Assembly (NCBI GenBank): GCA_964612185.1
Contig: CAZTCR010000003.1
Location: 56,970 to 120,969 of the forward strand
Direction of reading: 5' to 3'
Length of the DNA stretch: 64,000 nt
Origin: an uncultured Eubacteriales bacterium
Lineage (GTDB): Bacteria > Bacillota > Clostridia > Oscillospirales > Acutalibacteraceae
Shown here: piece after piece, positions 1-9,079 of the stretch
Layout of the letters: every line of letters starts with the position of its first letter
How positions within the stretch are numbered: the stretch's first letter is position 1
Translations under genes and position numbers: made by a program
Notes under the pieces: model-generated
Database searches by the model: none
The model's input: the letters and a program-made list of their open reading frames with translations, nothing else
What the model was told of the DNA's origin: nothing

Positions 1-261
1 ACGGACATCGGTGTTTTGCGCGATCAAATCATAAACCGCCAGTTCCGTTGCCATCAGGTCTTTTTCGTAGGTTAAAACATTCGCATCATCGTTTGGGGCA
101 ATTTTCACAACATAGCTATTATCGCTTGTTTTAACCTTAAAAGCAATATTAAATTCGCCGTCCTTAAGTTCTTCTATATCGGCAATGTTATCAATTCCTG
201 CCTCATGCATCATGGTCCGGACGGTATCTTGATTGATTGATGCTTTCGTTCTTGACTTCAT
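1..261 (-). CDS. Phosphotransferase (APH/kinase-like) family protein, N-terminal part only; the gene runs off the window
   Basis: Absent from the ORF track because it is open at the window edge. My translation from ATG at 261 reads MKSRTKASINQDTVRTMMHEAGIDNIADIEELKDGEFNIAFKVKTSDNSYVVKIAPNDDANVLTYEKDLMATELAVYDLI. The G-x-F-N-x-A-F-x-V ... Y-V-V-K-I pattern resembles the N-lobe of aminoglycoside/kinase-like phosphotransferases. Confidence 0.4.
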   Translation of the reverse strand, partial: MKSRTKASINQDTVRTMMHEAGIDNIADIEELKDGEFNIAFKVKTSDNSYVVKIAPNDDANVLTYEKDLMATELAVYDLIAQNTDVR

Positions 262-301
262 AACATCCCTCATATTCGTTATGCCGCAGAGTTCCACTTG
301 C

Positions 302-331
302 AAAAAAGCACACTTCATCGGTGTGCTTTTT
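302..331 (-). terminator. Rho-independent terminator-like hairpin flanked by A-run and T-run (bidirectional shape)
   Basis: AAAAAAGCACAC-ttcatcg-GTGTGCTTTTT, about 55 nt downstream of the stop of the 385..810 gene. Confidence 0.5.
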
Positions 332-384
332 AATGTATATGTAATTTTAAACAATTTTCACCAAAAAATCAAATGTATGCCCTA

Positions 385-810
385 TCATATGGTTTTCGGT
401 GGTTCATTGTCCGGTACTGAAAGCTCGTTTTCCGGTGTCTTTTGCTGTTTTCTTCGCCGCCAGTTGATCAAAAACAGAATGCCGATTAAAAACGCAGGTC
501 CTGCAATTTGCAAACTCCATGCTAAGGCTAAATACCATTCTATATTGTTGTAGATACTTACCCCGATATATGCTATTCCGGCAAGGATAAAAACAATTCC
601 TCCGACAATTTCGAACTTCCATGAAATAATTAAAACAATGAGCAGTACCAACGCCGGTATGTTGTGCATCAGCAGCCCCAATGCAATATCACCCGCGCTT
701 TGGTTGGGGATATCAAATACATCCAGTGAAAACAATGCAAGGAACAAGATAAAGAGGATTGACAAAATTCGTGGCGTCCAATAAATGAATTTACCGGTTT
801 GATTTGCCAT
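385..810 (-). CDS. Small polytopic membrane protein, function unknown
   Basis: 141-aa ORF with about 4 hydrophobic helices and a basic C-terminal tail. RBS GGAGGG lies upstream of the ATG at 810. Confidence 0.6.
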   Translation of the reverse strand: MANQTGKFIYWTPRILSILFILFLALFSLDVFDIPNQSAGDIALGLLMHNIPALVLLIVLIISWKFEIVGGIVFILAGIAYIGVSIYNNIEWYLALAWSLQIAGPAFLIGILFLINWRRRKQQKTPENELSVPDNEPPKTI

Positions 811-955
811 TTCACAGCCCTCCCTGTCAGCGTAATATTCTGTTTTTATTCGTTGGTTTTACACTTTAAACGACTAAATCATCCTTTCAACTATATTTTA
901 CGCCTGAATTTCAAATAGTTCAATACCAAAATTGTGTACGGATTCTTAATTTAAA

Positions 956-2479
956 TTATCGATCCGCTGTCAGATTTTTAACATCCCGAAAGACAAATTC
1001 CCGCCTGTTCGTAGTTTCCGGCGGTTCAACATTGAAATTCTCAACCGTTAGCCCGTCTGTATGCCTGGCCCAAATGCCGTATGCGGGCAAATTATAAAAC
1101 CGCCAGCATTCCGGATACTCCTTTTCAAACTCGGGTGTGAGGGGCAGGTAGAGTGGGGCTTCTTTTGATTCGGTTGTATAAGTAAGTGAAAAGTTCCTTA
1201 ATGTGATATCCTTCACATAATTCGTGCCTTTTTCGGTATTCCGCACACCGGTGATGAGCACAGGCAGCTCAATATTGTCCGCCTTGATGTTTTCAATCGT
1301 AATGCCCGAAATGGTACCGGAAAAATCGGAGGTGTCGTCAGCATAACGGTTCCGGTTGCCGAGCCGGATGAAAACCGGGCAGGTTACTCTGTCCATTTCT
1401 ATGTCGCGCACCATGACACCGGCAAGCGCCGTACCATCCATAGACTCAATTGCGATGCCGGACACACTGCCGGGGTATAAATCCGGCATATAAAACTTGC
1501 AGTTTTCGACCAGAACATTCCGGATAATCCCTCTTGTTTCCGTCCCGATTTTAAACGAGTTGGTGCAGGAGATCACTTCACAGTCATAGATATGGACATT
1601 CTCCACTGTTCCGGTCACAGACCAGTTTTTCAACACGATGCCGTCATCCGCTGTACTGATGAAAGATTTGCCGATTTCCACATTGCTGCTGAACAGCACA
1701 TCGATGCCGTCCGCATTGGCGATATGCCGGTTGTTGTTGATGATGAAACGGTCAACCTTCAAACCGCTGCAATTATCAAATTTAAGTGTCCAATGGGCGG
1801 AGTTTTCAAACACAACATTTTCGACCGTAACATTCGTGCTGTTGTAAATGCTCGATATTCCGCCGTACTTGCTTGCGTGCGGAAAACGCACGCGGCTCAT
1901 ATACTCATATCGCATGATGACTGTGTCGGAATATTGCAATGGTATCAGGAGCGGTTTTTGAAGCGGTTTGAGCGAATAGTAATTGCCCTCGCCGCACACC
2001 TTGCCGGGGCCGGTTATTTTGATGTTGTCACAGCCGTTGGCATAAATAACACAGCCCAGGTTCATGTCCGCTGTATTGCGTGAGGCGACAAGCGCGGCGT
2101 CTTTCGCTATTTTGAGCGTTACATTGCTTTGCATGGCGAGGGAACCGGTGCGGTAACTGCCGCCGTCAACGAGCACGGTACCGCCGCCGTTTTGCGAACA
2201 GGCGTTAATTGCCGCATTAATTGCACCGCGGTTTACAACCGCGTTATCATCCGGTACCGCACCGAAATCTCTGACATTATAAACCGTGCCCTGTAATACT
2301 TCGGCATCAAAATCCAGGTATTTATCATACGGAATATTTTCTACAAAATCTCCTTTGTACACCTCGGGAAAAATCGACTCGCTGCGCTGTTTAACACGAA
2401 AGTCATTGAGCCAAATGCCAACCATGCTCACGCTTGCTGTCAGCAGATATATGACCAACTTTGTTATAAAAGACAACAT
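956..2479 (-). CDS. Glycoside hydrolase family 28 (polygalacturonase/rhamnogalacturonase-like), N-terminally membrane-anchored
   Basis: The pectate-lyase-fold N-terminus is NVRDFGAVPDDNAVVNRGAINAAINACSQNGGGTVLV. GH28-type motifs NADGIDV and STADDGIVLK are present, and there is an N-terminal TM helix. Confidence 0.75.
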   Translation of the reverse strand: MLSFITKLVIYLLTASVSMVGIWLNDFRVKQRSESIFPEVYKGDFVENIPYDKYLDFDAEVLQGTVYNVRDFGAVPDDNAVVNRGAINAAINACSQNGGGTVLVDGGSYRTGSLAMQSNVTLKIAKDAALVASRNTADMNLGCVIYANGCDNIKITGPGKVCGEGNYYSLKPLQKPLLIPLQYSDTVIMRYEYMSRVRFPHASKYGGISSIYNSTNVTVENVVFENSAHWTLKFDNCSGLKVDRFIINNNRHIANADGIDVLFSSNVEIGKSFISTADDGIVLKNWSVTGTVENVHIYDCEVISCTNSFKIGTETRGIIRNVLVENCKFYMPDLYPGSVSGIAIESMDGTALAGVMVRDIEMDRVTCPVFIRLGNRNRYADDTSDFSGTISGITIENIKADNIELPVLITGVRNTEKGTNYVKDITLRNFSLTYTTESKEAPLYLPLTPEFEKEYPECWRFYNLPAYGIWARHTDGLTVENFNVEPPETTNRREFVFRDVKNLTADR

Positions 2480-2500
2480 ATTATATTCGCCTATTCGTAC

Positions 2501-3442
2501 TTATTTTTCTCCCAAGCTATAGAGACGCTTTGCCTGCTTGAGCAAGTCCACTGCCTCATAATGCCTGTATTTTCTGTCCGCGACCGTCGGCTTCCACGAT
2601 GTCTGCAAAAAGCCTTTCAGCCGGTCGGGTGATACGACATTTTTACAATAATCCACGGTTCTTTCGAAGTTTTCGCTGCAACTCCAGTTGGATCCCGCCG
2701 GCACCTGATCATACCCGTTTTCTTCCAGGATACGGTAGCTCTTAATCCCCATGTTTTCAGACTCATGCGGATTGAAACGGCCGTAATACCAGTTGCTCTG
2801 CAGTACAGACTTCGGCATTTTACGCAAAAACAGCTCGGTATGGTCCCATATATAATCCGACCAAATCCAGGCGCGCGCGCCGTTATTTTCAACCTGCTCG
2901 ACAAGATAGTAGAAGTCGTGCCACCAAAGGTCGTTTTGGCGCACAACAGCATGGCTGTAATCCTTTTGATGGTTATAAGTCTCTTCATCCATACCGATGT
3001 GAAACAGCATAGGTTTGCCGAAAATGTCCGCTACTTCTTCAATAATATCCCGGCAGAAATCGTAGTACCAACGGGTTGAAACGGCGCGGGCATATTCACC
3101 CATCCATTCGTCATGGCAGGCAGAAAAGTTTAACTTGGGCACCGGCGTAATGCCCAGCGTCCGCATATCGGCAAGTTTTTTCTTCAGCTTCTCAATGCTC
3201 CAAGAGCCTTTCACGGCGATTTCGGGGTGGCTTTGAAAACACACGCCTTCACCGATGTCTATTACACAGGTGTTGATGCCGCAGGCAGCCATAAACTCGA
3301 CGAGTTCATCCCAACACTCTTCTTCGCACAACAGTGTCCCGCCGGCTTTTGTATATTCGGCATACCAATCCACATCGTTCCACATGTTAAAACCAAGGTG
3401 TAATAAGTAAGCCCACATCGGTTCCTGCCACATGTAAATCAT
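2501..3442 (-). CDS. TIM-barrel glycoside-hydrolase-like protein (GH20-like HIGMDE motif), function unknown
   Basis: 313-aa ORF. The motif LFHIGMDEE resembles the HxGGDE catalytic motif of GH20 hexosaminidases. An alternative start at ATG 3433 has better SD spacing (AAAGGA). Confidence 0.5.
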   Translation of the reverse strand: MIYMWQEPMWAYLLHLGFNMWNDVDWYAEYTKAGGTLLCEEECWDELVEFMAACGINTCVIDIGEGVCFQSHPEIAVKGSWSIEKLKKKLADMRTLGITPVPKLNFSACHDEWMGEYARAVSTRWYYDFCRDIIEEVADIFGKPMLFHIGMDEETYNHQKDYSHAVVRQNDLWWHDFYYLVEQVENNGARAWIWSDYIWDHTELFLRKMPKSVLQSNWYYGRFNPHESENMGIKSYRILEENGYDQVPAGSNWSCSENFERTVDYCKNVVSPDRLKGFLQTSWKPTVADRKYRHYEAVDLLKQAKRLYSLGEK

Positions 3443-3475
3443 CCTTTCACATTAGGCACCGGCAGCCCGGCACCG

Positions 3476-4918
3476 CTATTTTTTCTTTTCCGCTTTGTTC
3501 TTACGGATTTCCCATATTTCAATATATGAGTTAATCAACGGCACCAGCGCGGCAGCGACAAATCCGCCCGAAAAACCGTTGTTGTAAAGGTTCATTCCCC
3601 CGTGCAGGTAACCGATGTTCATGGTTATCGCCATATGTAAAAACCCGGCAACCACACCCCAGCCGGCGCCGTAATACCCCGCGATTGGCGCAAGCGTGGT
3701 GCCGAAAAGCGCCGATAAAATACCTATGGTGGAAGACGCTTCATGGATATTAAAAAGGTTGGCGATAAATACACCGCACAAGATTGGTAAAACATTTTTA
3801 CTGTTCTTCCCTGCCGCGCCAAACCCTGCAACCGTAAAGATGCCCCCGATAACCGGACCGTTTATTTCGCCTTTTATTGCCAGCACATAGGCTGTCATGA
3901 AGCACCCTAACAAGGACATATTGATCAGCGATATCCCGAACCCCGCGGATTCGAAAAGGTCCGTGCCGTGCTTGCCGGGAATCGACAGGATTTTTTTATA
4001 CCCGCGTAAACTCCTTTTGTTGTATAGCAACCCTGTAATAAATACAACAGCAAAAATTGAGAACAAGATGATTGAAAGCGGCTTGTTGTTGCCGGACGAC
4101 AAGATTGAAACCGGCAGCACCTCCACCCCCATACTCCTGAGCACCGCCAAAAAAACCATACCGATAATGCCGGTGGCAAACCCGACATTGTACAGGTTGA
4201 ATCCCATATGAAAGGTTCTTAAATGACTTGATAACGGGGGTAAAACAAACCCCACAAAAACACCTGCGGCAAAACCGAGCAAAACAGCAGGGATGACGGG
4301 CAGCTCCAGGTTAAATGATATCTCACTCACCAATGGCCCCAGCGCGGTGCCGAATATTGCTTGCGGCAGGTTCTTTTTAAAAGGTGTGCGTGAAATCTTT
4401 GAAAAGAGGATAACGCCTAAAACAATCGGAATTGAATTGAGTAAATTCTTCCCGAAAAATGAAAATCCAGTAACCGTAAAAACGCCCGCGGCAAGGATAC
4501 CGGTTACCTCGGAACGGGCTCTTTTAATCGTGGCCACGCTGAGCAATGTCATTAGCCCCGCATTGAGCAAGGTTGAGCCTATATTGGTTAATTCTATATA
4601 ATCTGTCAGCAGGTTCGCGGGGGAAGTCAAAATAGCAATGCTGCCTGCCCATAATGCGCGGGGCGTGTTGAAACAAAAGGCGAGCGCGATGAGCACCAGC
4701 CCGAACAGCACCAAGAAACAAACCTTAACCTTTTCCGGTACCGCAACCGGCTCAAACGCCGGCAAGGCATTCCCTGCAGGATTTTCGGTCTCGGATAATT
4801 CCGAAAGCCGGGAAGCCCTTAAATAATAAAATCGTTTTTGGAATTTGGCGTGCTTACTGTTTTCGGATTCTTTCAGACGCGTCACACTCCTATTTTGTTT
4901 TGATAATCTTTTAAACAA
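3476..4918 (-). CDS. Polytopic membrane protein, DUF1576-like
   Basis: 480-aa ORF with more than 10 predicted TM helices rich in Gly/Ala/Phe and a roughly 75-aa cytoplasmic N-terminus. The family assignment is from memory only. Confidence 0.55.
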   Translation of the reverse strand: MFKRLSKQNRSVTRLKESENSKHAKFQKRFYYLRASRLSELSETENPAGNALPAFEPVAVPEKVKVCFLVLFGLVLIALAFCFNTPRALWAGSIAILTSPANLLTDYIELTNIGSTLLNAGLMTLLSVATIKRARSEVTGILAAGVFTVTGFSFFGKNLLNSIPIVLGVILFSKISRTPFKKNLPQAIFGTALGPLVSEISFNLELPVIPAVLLGFAAGVFVGFVLPPLSSHLRTFHMGFNLYNVGFATGIIGMVFLAVLRSMGVEVLPVSILSSGNNKPLSIILFSIFAVVFITGLLYNKRSLRGYKKILSIPGKHGTDLFESAGFGISLINMSLLGCFMTAYVLAIKGEINGPVIGGIFTVAGFGAAGKNSKNVLPILCGVFIANLFNIHEASSTIGILSALFGTTLAPIAGYYGAGWGVVAGFLHMAITMNIGYLHGGMNLYNNGFSGGFVAAALVPLINSYIEIWEIRKNKAEKKK

Positions 4919-4985
4919 CTACAAGATTACAATAGAACCAGATTTTTTGCAAATAAATAGTCAGCCGGTACCTGTTACCGCTCCT

Positions 4986-5642
4986 TCAGCTGCGGGTTTC
5001 CGCTTCGTTTTCATACCCGCGCTTTTCCCAGTATCCTTTATAATCCGCATCATCGGACAGTTCAATGCGGTCAATCCATTTTGCCCATTTATAGCCCAAC
5101 TTGTCTTCCGCAACCAGTTGGAAAGGATAGCCTCTCTCCGGCGGGAGAACGACTTCATTCATTTTATAAGCCAGTATCATGTTTTTGTCCAGGATGGTTT
5201 GCAACGGCAGGGATGTGGTGTAACCGTCCACCGAGTGAAAGATGACGGTATTGGCGCTGCCCGATACAGTCGACTTGTCAAAAAGGTCTTTCAGCAGCAC
5301 ACCTTCCCACAGGATGGTGACATCCCAGCCCTCCACACAGTAGAGTGTGACGACCTTGGTGTACTTCGGGTTGGCCAGCACTTCATCATAGGTGTAGGAA
5401 GCCGGTTTTTCAACCAAACCGTCAACCGTCAGCTTATAAGTGCTGATATCCACCGTTTGGGGGCCTTTTATGGAGTTCTCCCGAAAATCTTCAATGGAGC
5501 CCAACTTCGCTCCGCTATATTCGGTGATTTGCGCTGCCGCCAGGTTGCTCAGAGCATCACTGCTGCCGTTAGCGCAGCCGAATAAAAGTCCCGCGAGAAT
5601 GATACACAAAATAGTAGCAGAGCTGATATGCTTAAAACACAT
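4986..5642 (-). CDS. Molybdopterin-dependent oxidoreductase (sulfite-oxidase/MsrP-like fold), lipoprotein
   Basis: Oxidored_molyb-type strings are VVTLYCVEGWDVTILWEGVLLKDL and GYPFQLVAEDKLGYKWAKWIDRIEL. I moved the start to ATG 5642, which follows RBS GAAGGTGA and gives signal/lipobox MCFKHISSATILCIILAGLLFGC. The longer track ORF would overlap the upstream gene. Confidence 0.75.
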   Translation of the reverse strand: MCFKHISSATILCIILAGLLFGCANGSSDALSNLAAAQITEYSGAKLGSIEDFRENSIKGPQTVDISTYKLTVDGLVEKPASYTYDEVLANPKYTKVVTLYCVEGWDVTILWEGVLLKDLFDKSTVSGSANTVIFHSVDGYTTSLPLQTILDKNMILAYKMNEVVLPPERGYPFQLVAEDKLGYKWAKWIDRIELSDDADYKGYWEKRGYENEAETRS

Positions 5643-5676
5643 ATTTTCACCTTCTTTCACCGTTTGCATGCTGCCC

Positions 5677-6234
5677 CTATCCGGGCAGCTTTGCGTCAAG
5701 CAGTGTTCCGCCGAGTTTGCCCAGCAGACCGCTGCAGCCGAAGCAGAGCACACCAATGATGATTATCGTGATTTTTCCGCCTGTACCGAAGACTTCAGTG
5801 TTTATCATGACAGCCGATACAGCGGACAAAACGAAAAACAAGGCACCGATGATGATTTTTTGTTTAACACGCGGGCCGCACTTCTTCTTAAAGCGCAGCT
5901 TTGCGTCAAACACCCCGGCTGCGGCGGAGATTAAAACCGAAACAGGCAGCAGGACAGATAAGAGCTCTACAACCGTCATCATATCGGCGCCAAGCGACCC
6001 TTTCGCCGCAAAGGCGATGATAATAAAGACGAGCGAGAGAAACGCGATACTTTGCGGGAAATGGACAAGGATAGGATGCAGGTGGAAACCAAGCATCTTC
6101 AGGCGTTTATCGCTGATGTTATATTTGTAACTTTCAAACGCCGTTTTCGGTACGCCGCAGGCCGGGCAAAAATCCTTCATCTCCTTTTCATCGCCGATAA
6201 AACCGCAGACTTTGCAGCGCATATAGGTCTTCAT
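5677..6234 (-). CDS. Rubredoxin-like Cys4 zinc-ribbon fused to a DUF2231-type 4-TM membrane domain
   Basis: The N-terminus carries CKVCGF...CPACGV, and the motif LHPILVHFP is followed by 4 TM helices. The gene lies immediately upstream of, and co-directional with, the Mo-oxidoreductase. Confidence 0.65.
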   Translation of the reverse strand: MKTYMRCKVCGFIGDEKEMKDFCPACGVPKTAFESYKYNISDKRLKMLGFHLHPILVHFPQSIAFLSLVFIIIAFAAKGSLGADMMTVVELLSVLLPVSVLISAAAGVFDAKLRFKKKCGPRVKQKIIIGALFFVLSAVSAVMINTEVFGTGGKITIIIIGVLCFGCSGLLGKLGGTLLDAKLPG

Positions 6235-6251
6235 GCCGTTCCCCGCCTTTC

Positions 6252-6749
6252 TTATTTTTTTGTGTACATCTCGTTTAGGAGTCTTTTGCCTGTTTTTGTC
6301 CTGAAAATCATTTTTTCGACATTTTGAACAGCCTCAGCCGATAAATCGTCTTCATACGCATTCACCAGAAAATCCGCTTCAATTAAAATCTGGCAGTCTA
6401 TATCAACAATGTCATCATAGGTGTGATGATGGGCAATCAGCCAGCACACGCGTTCTATCAGTTCTTTATCAAACCAAAGATCTTCCAGCAGTTTTTTCGC
6501 CTCGGGCGGGCCTTCCGTCTGCTGGTAACAGCCGGCGGAACTGTTGTACTTCATTTCGCTGTTTTTGATGCCGATATCATGCGTAACCGCGGCAACTTCC
6601 AGAATCAGCTGCGTTCTTTTGTCAAGCTGTTCCAGTTCGCCGATGGTTTTGGCAAAACCGTATACCTTCATAAAATGGTTGATGCGCCGGGCGTCGCCGG
6701 CAAAATAATCGATCATGGAAGCAATAACCCGACCCGTTTGAATCACCAA
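6252..6749 (-). CDS. HD-domain phosphohydrolase
   Basis: Motifs AAVTHDIGI and IAHHHTY are present. The first codon is TTG. The stop of the upstream gene is adjacent. Confidence 0.7.
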   Translation of the reverse strand: MVIQTGRVIASMIDYFAGDARRINHFMKVYGFAKTIGELEQLDKRTQLILEVAAVTHDIGIKNSEMKYNSSAGCYQQTEGPPEAKKLLEDLWFDKELIERVCWLIAHHHTYDDIVDIDCQILIEADFLVNAYEDDLSAEAVQNVEKMIFRTKTGKRLLNEMYTKK

Positions 6750-6750
6750 C

Positions 6751-7122
6751 TCATCGCCTGCCCTTTTTTATATTTTCGGATACCCTGAACCGGACGATCC
6801 TGCTGATTAAATCCATCGGCAGCGGCTTATCCAACGGAAACTGCACGGAACCTTTGGCGCCTTTATATGGCGAGAGCTCCTCTTTAAACGCTTCAATTCC
6901 GCTCGGTGCCGGATAAAAGCCGATATGACGCGCGTACGCGGCGAAATGCACCAGATTGCCGTTCAAATAAAATGTCGGCATTTGGTAGCTGATTTTTTCT
7001 GTGGCTTCCGGCGCCGCTTCTTTGATAACCGCCCTCAGGTTTTGAAGTATTCCCCGAACATCGGGTGGAAACTGCGCAATGTATTCATCAGTTGTTAAAG
7101 CTACTTTCTTATTTATTCCCAT
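6751..7122 (-). CDS. DUF1801 (YdhG-like) domain protein
   Basis: 123 aa with EKISYQMPTFYLNGNLVHFAAYARHIGFYP, typical of the YdhG/DUF1801 family. RBS GGAGAA is present. Confidence 0.7.
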   Translation of the reverse strand: MGINKKVALTTDEYIAQFPPDVRGILQNLRAVIKEAAPEATEKISYQMPTFYLNGNLVHFAAYARHIGFYPAPSGIEAFKEELSPYKGAKGSVQFPLDKPLPMDLISRIVRFRVSENIKKGRR

Positions 7123-7255
7123 TCGTTTTTTCTCCGGCAGAGATTTTTATCAATAGCAATTTCATTTTTCATTCTACCTTTTTTTGCTTCAATAATCAAT
7201 ACAGCGATGTGCGGCTCTTTTCAAGCCGGCAAAAACGCCGTTTCCTCTTTATTCC

Positions 7256-7284
7256 TTGACATTGCAGTTACCGCAGTTTAATAT
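7256..7284 (+). promoter_or_regulatory. Near-consensus sigma-70-type promoter
   Basis: TTGACA (7256-7261), an exact 17-nt spacer, then TAATAT (7279-7284). It sits in the divergent intergenic region. Confidence 0.5.
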
Positions 7285-7339
7285 CGTATACAAACGGATC
7301 GTTTCCGCAGAAATTTTCGGAACTACCGGAGGTACCCGC

Positions 7340-9019
7340 TTGAACATTTTTGAAACCTTTCTCCGCCTGACTGATGCCGCAATCCCCGGCTTGCTTGCCA
7401 TGCGGCAAAAAGACCCGGCGCACAGGGATTACAACGGGCAAATTTCACCCGGTAAAGGCTTTGCGGAACCCGGTGCCGCCAATTCCGCAGCTGCAACACT
7501 GCTTGCCGTGTATTTTTGTCACGATTCAACATACTATAAAAACGAAGCGGTGATAGCCGCTGCTGTCGGTTCGCTTGAATTCCTGTTATCCCGCTGCCAT
7601 GAGGACGGCACCATCGATTTGATGGAAACTAATTTTCACGACAGTACCTGCAACGCCTTTTGTGTGCAAACCCTCGCCTATTCGTACCGTTTGCTGGAGA
7701 GAGAGGCAACAACCGCGCTTGAACTGAAAGCCAAAGAGCTTGTTCGGTCATTTTTGCAGACCTCTGCCAAAGCCATGATAAACGGCGGGTTCCACACCCC
7801 GAATCACCGCTGGGTGATGGCCTCTGCCCTTGCGCTTTGCGGGAACCTCCTGAAGAATGAACGCTGCGTGGAGATGGCAAAAATTTATCTTTCAGAGGAT
7901 GTGGACCAAAACGAAGAGGGTGACTACACCGAACGCTCCGCAGGCGGGTATGATGCCGTATGCAATGAATCGCTTTGCATGCTTGCCGAAGAACTGAATA
8001 TGCCGGAGTTTTACGCATATGTGGAGCGCAACCTGGAAAAAAGCATCTATTATTTGGAACCGGATTTTTCTGTACTTACCCTTGCCAGCCGTCGGCAGGA
8101 TTATGGCAAAGATGTTATCCCTGTGCGTAATTTTTTCTCCGCGCTTATGCTCTACCGCCATAACGGGAATAAAACCGCTCTCATTTTGGCAACCGAACTG
8201 CTCAGGCTGCTGGACGCGCTGGCATTAAAATCCGGACCGCCGATGAAGAGCTTCACATCGCTTAACCACCAAAATCTTTTAACCAACTTCTTATTAAACC
8301 CCGCTCTCGGAACCCCGCTGCCGCCGGCCGGCACGATCCCTGCCCGGTACGAAAAACTCTATGAGGCAGCGGGTATTGCTCGTTACAGGCATGACGATTT
8401 TACCGTGACAGTTATCAGAGATAAGACCACGGTTATAAAAATTCAAAACGGCAGCCATAAAACTTTCGTCCGGCTCGCGGCGAGTTTTTTCGGCAACAGG
8501 GGTCAGATGAAAGCTCAGCATATTACAAAAATCGACGGCGGTTACCGCTGCACATACGAAGCCGAACAGGGATATGTTCGCCCGATTGAGGGCCTGCATG
8601 AAAAAGATTGGGAGAATATTGACCTTAGCAAGCGCGAAAAGGTAAATGTGCAGCATCTTCGCTATCAGGTTGATGTGTTCCCGGCGGGCAATTCGGTGCT
8701 ATTAAAGATAAAGGCAGCCGGTACAGCGGATGTTCCGGTTAAACTGGAGTTCATTTTTGAAACGGACGGCATGCTGACCACCGCCAACTCCGCGCAACCC
8801 GGCATGCCCGGCGGATACGCGATTTTGGGTGAGCGTTTTACCTATGAGCGCTTTGGGGAAAAGCTTGTGATTGACGGCGGCTTTAACCGGCACGAATACG
8901 CGCCCCAACTGCGCGGGAGCGAACCGATGCCGCAAAATGCGTTCTGTGTGTTTTTCACCGGGTTTACGCCTTTGGATACCGAAATAAAAATAACTGCTCC
9001 GCCTTTTACCGTAATTTAA
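7340..9019 (+). CDS. Hypothetical protein, probably alpha/alpha-toroid plus beta-sandwich (polysaccharide lyase/hydrolase-like)
   Basis: The track ORF begins at TTG 7256, which is the -35 box of the promoter above. In-frame TTG 7340 is preceded by GGAGG at a 7-nt spacing. The sequence contains FHTPNHRWVMASALA. No secure family assignment. Confidence 0.55.
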   Translation: MNIFETFLRLTDAAIPGLLAMRQKDPAHRDYNGQISPGKGFAEPGAANSAAATLLAVYFCHDSTYYKNEAVIAAAVGSLEFLLSRCHEDGTIDLMETNFHDSTCNAFCVQTLAYSYRLLEREATTALELKAKELVRSFLQTSAKAMINGGFHTPNHRWVMASALALCGNLLKNERCVEMAKIYLSEDVDQNEEGDYTERSAGGYDAVCNESLCMLAEELNMPEFYAYVERNLEKSIYYLEPDFSVLTLASRRQDYGKDVIPVRNFFSALMLYRHNGNKTALILATELLRLLDALALKSGPPMKSFTSLNHQNLLTNFLLNPALGTPLPPAGTIPARYEKLYEAAGIARYRHDDFTVTVIRDKTTVIKIQNGSHKTFVRLAASFFGNRGQMKAQHITKIDGGYRCTYEAEQGYVRPIEGLHEKDWENIDLSKREKVNVQHLRYQVDVFPAGNSVLLKIKAAGTADVPVKLEFIFETDGMLTTANSAQPGMPGGYAILGERFTYERFGEKLVIDGGFNRHEYAPQLRGSEPMPQNAFCVFFTGFTPLDTEIKITAPPFTVI

Positions 9020-9079
9020 ACAGCAGCATTTTCGTTTAAATTTGCAATACATTTACTTTGTCAGAAAGGAAAGAGCAAC

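Noticed and set aside
5643-5756. Longer N-terminus of the Mo-oxidoreductase ORF (track start 5756)
   Set aside because: It would overlap the upstream gene by 80 nt and it lacks an RBS. The internal ATG at 5642 has GAAGGTGA upstream and yields a clean lipoprotein signal peptide. Similar N-terminal trimming was applied at 11534, 14835, 23585, 26843, 28546, 35866, 36698, 44201, 46759, 49252, 51236, 52005, 57212 and 58821.
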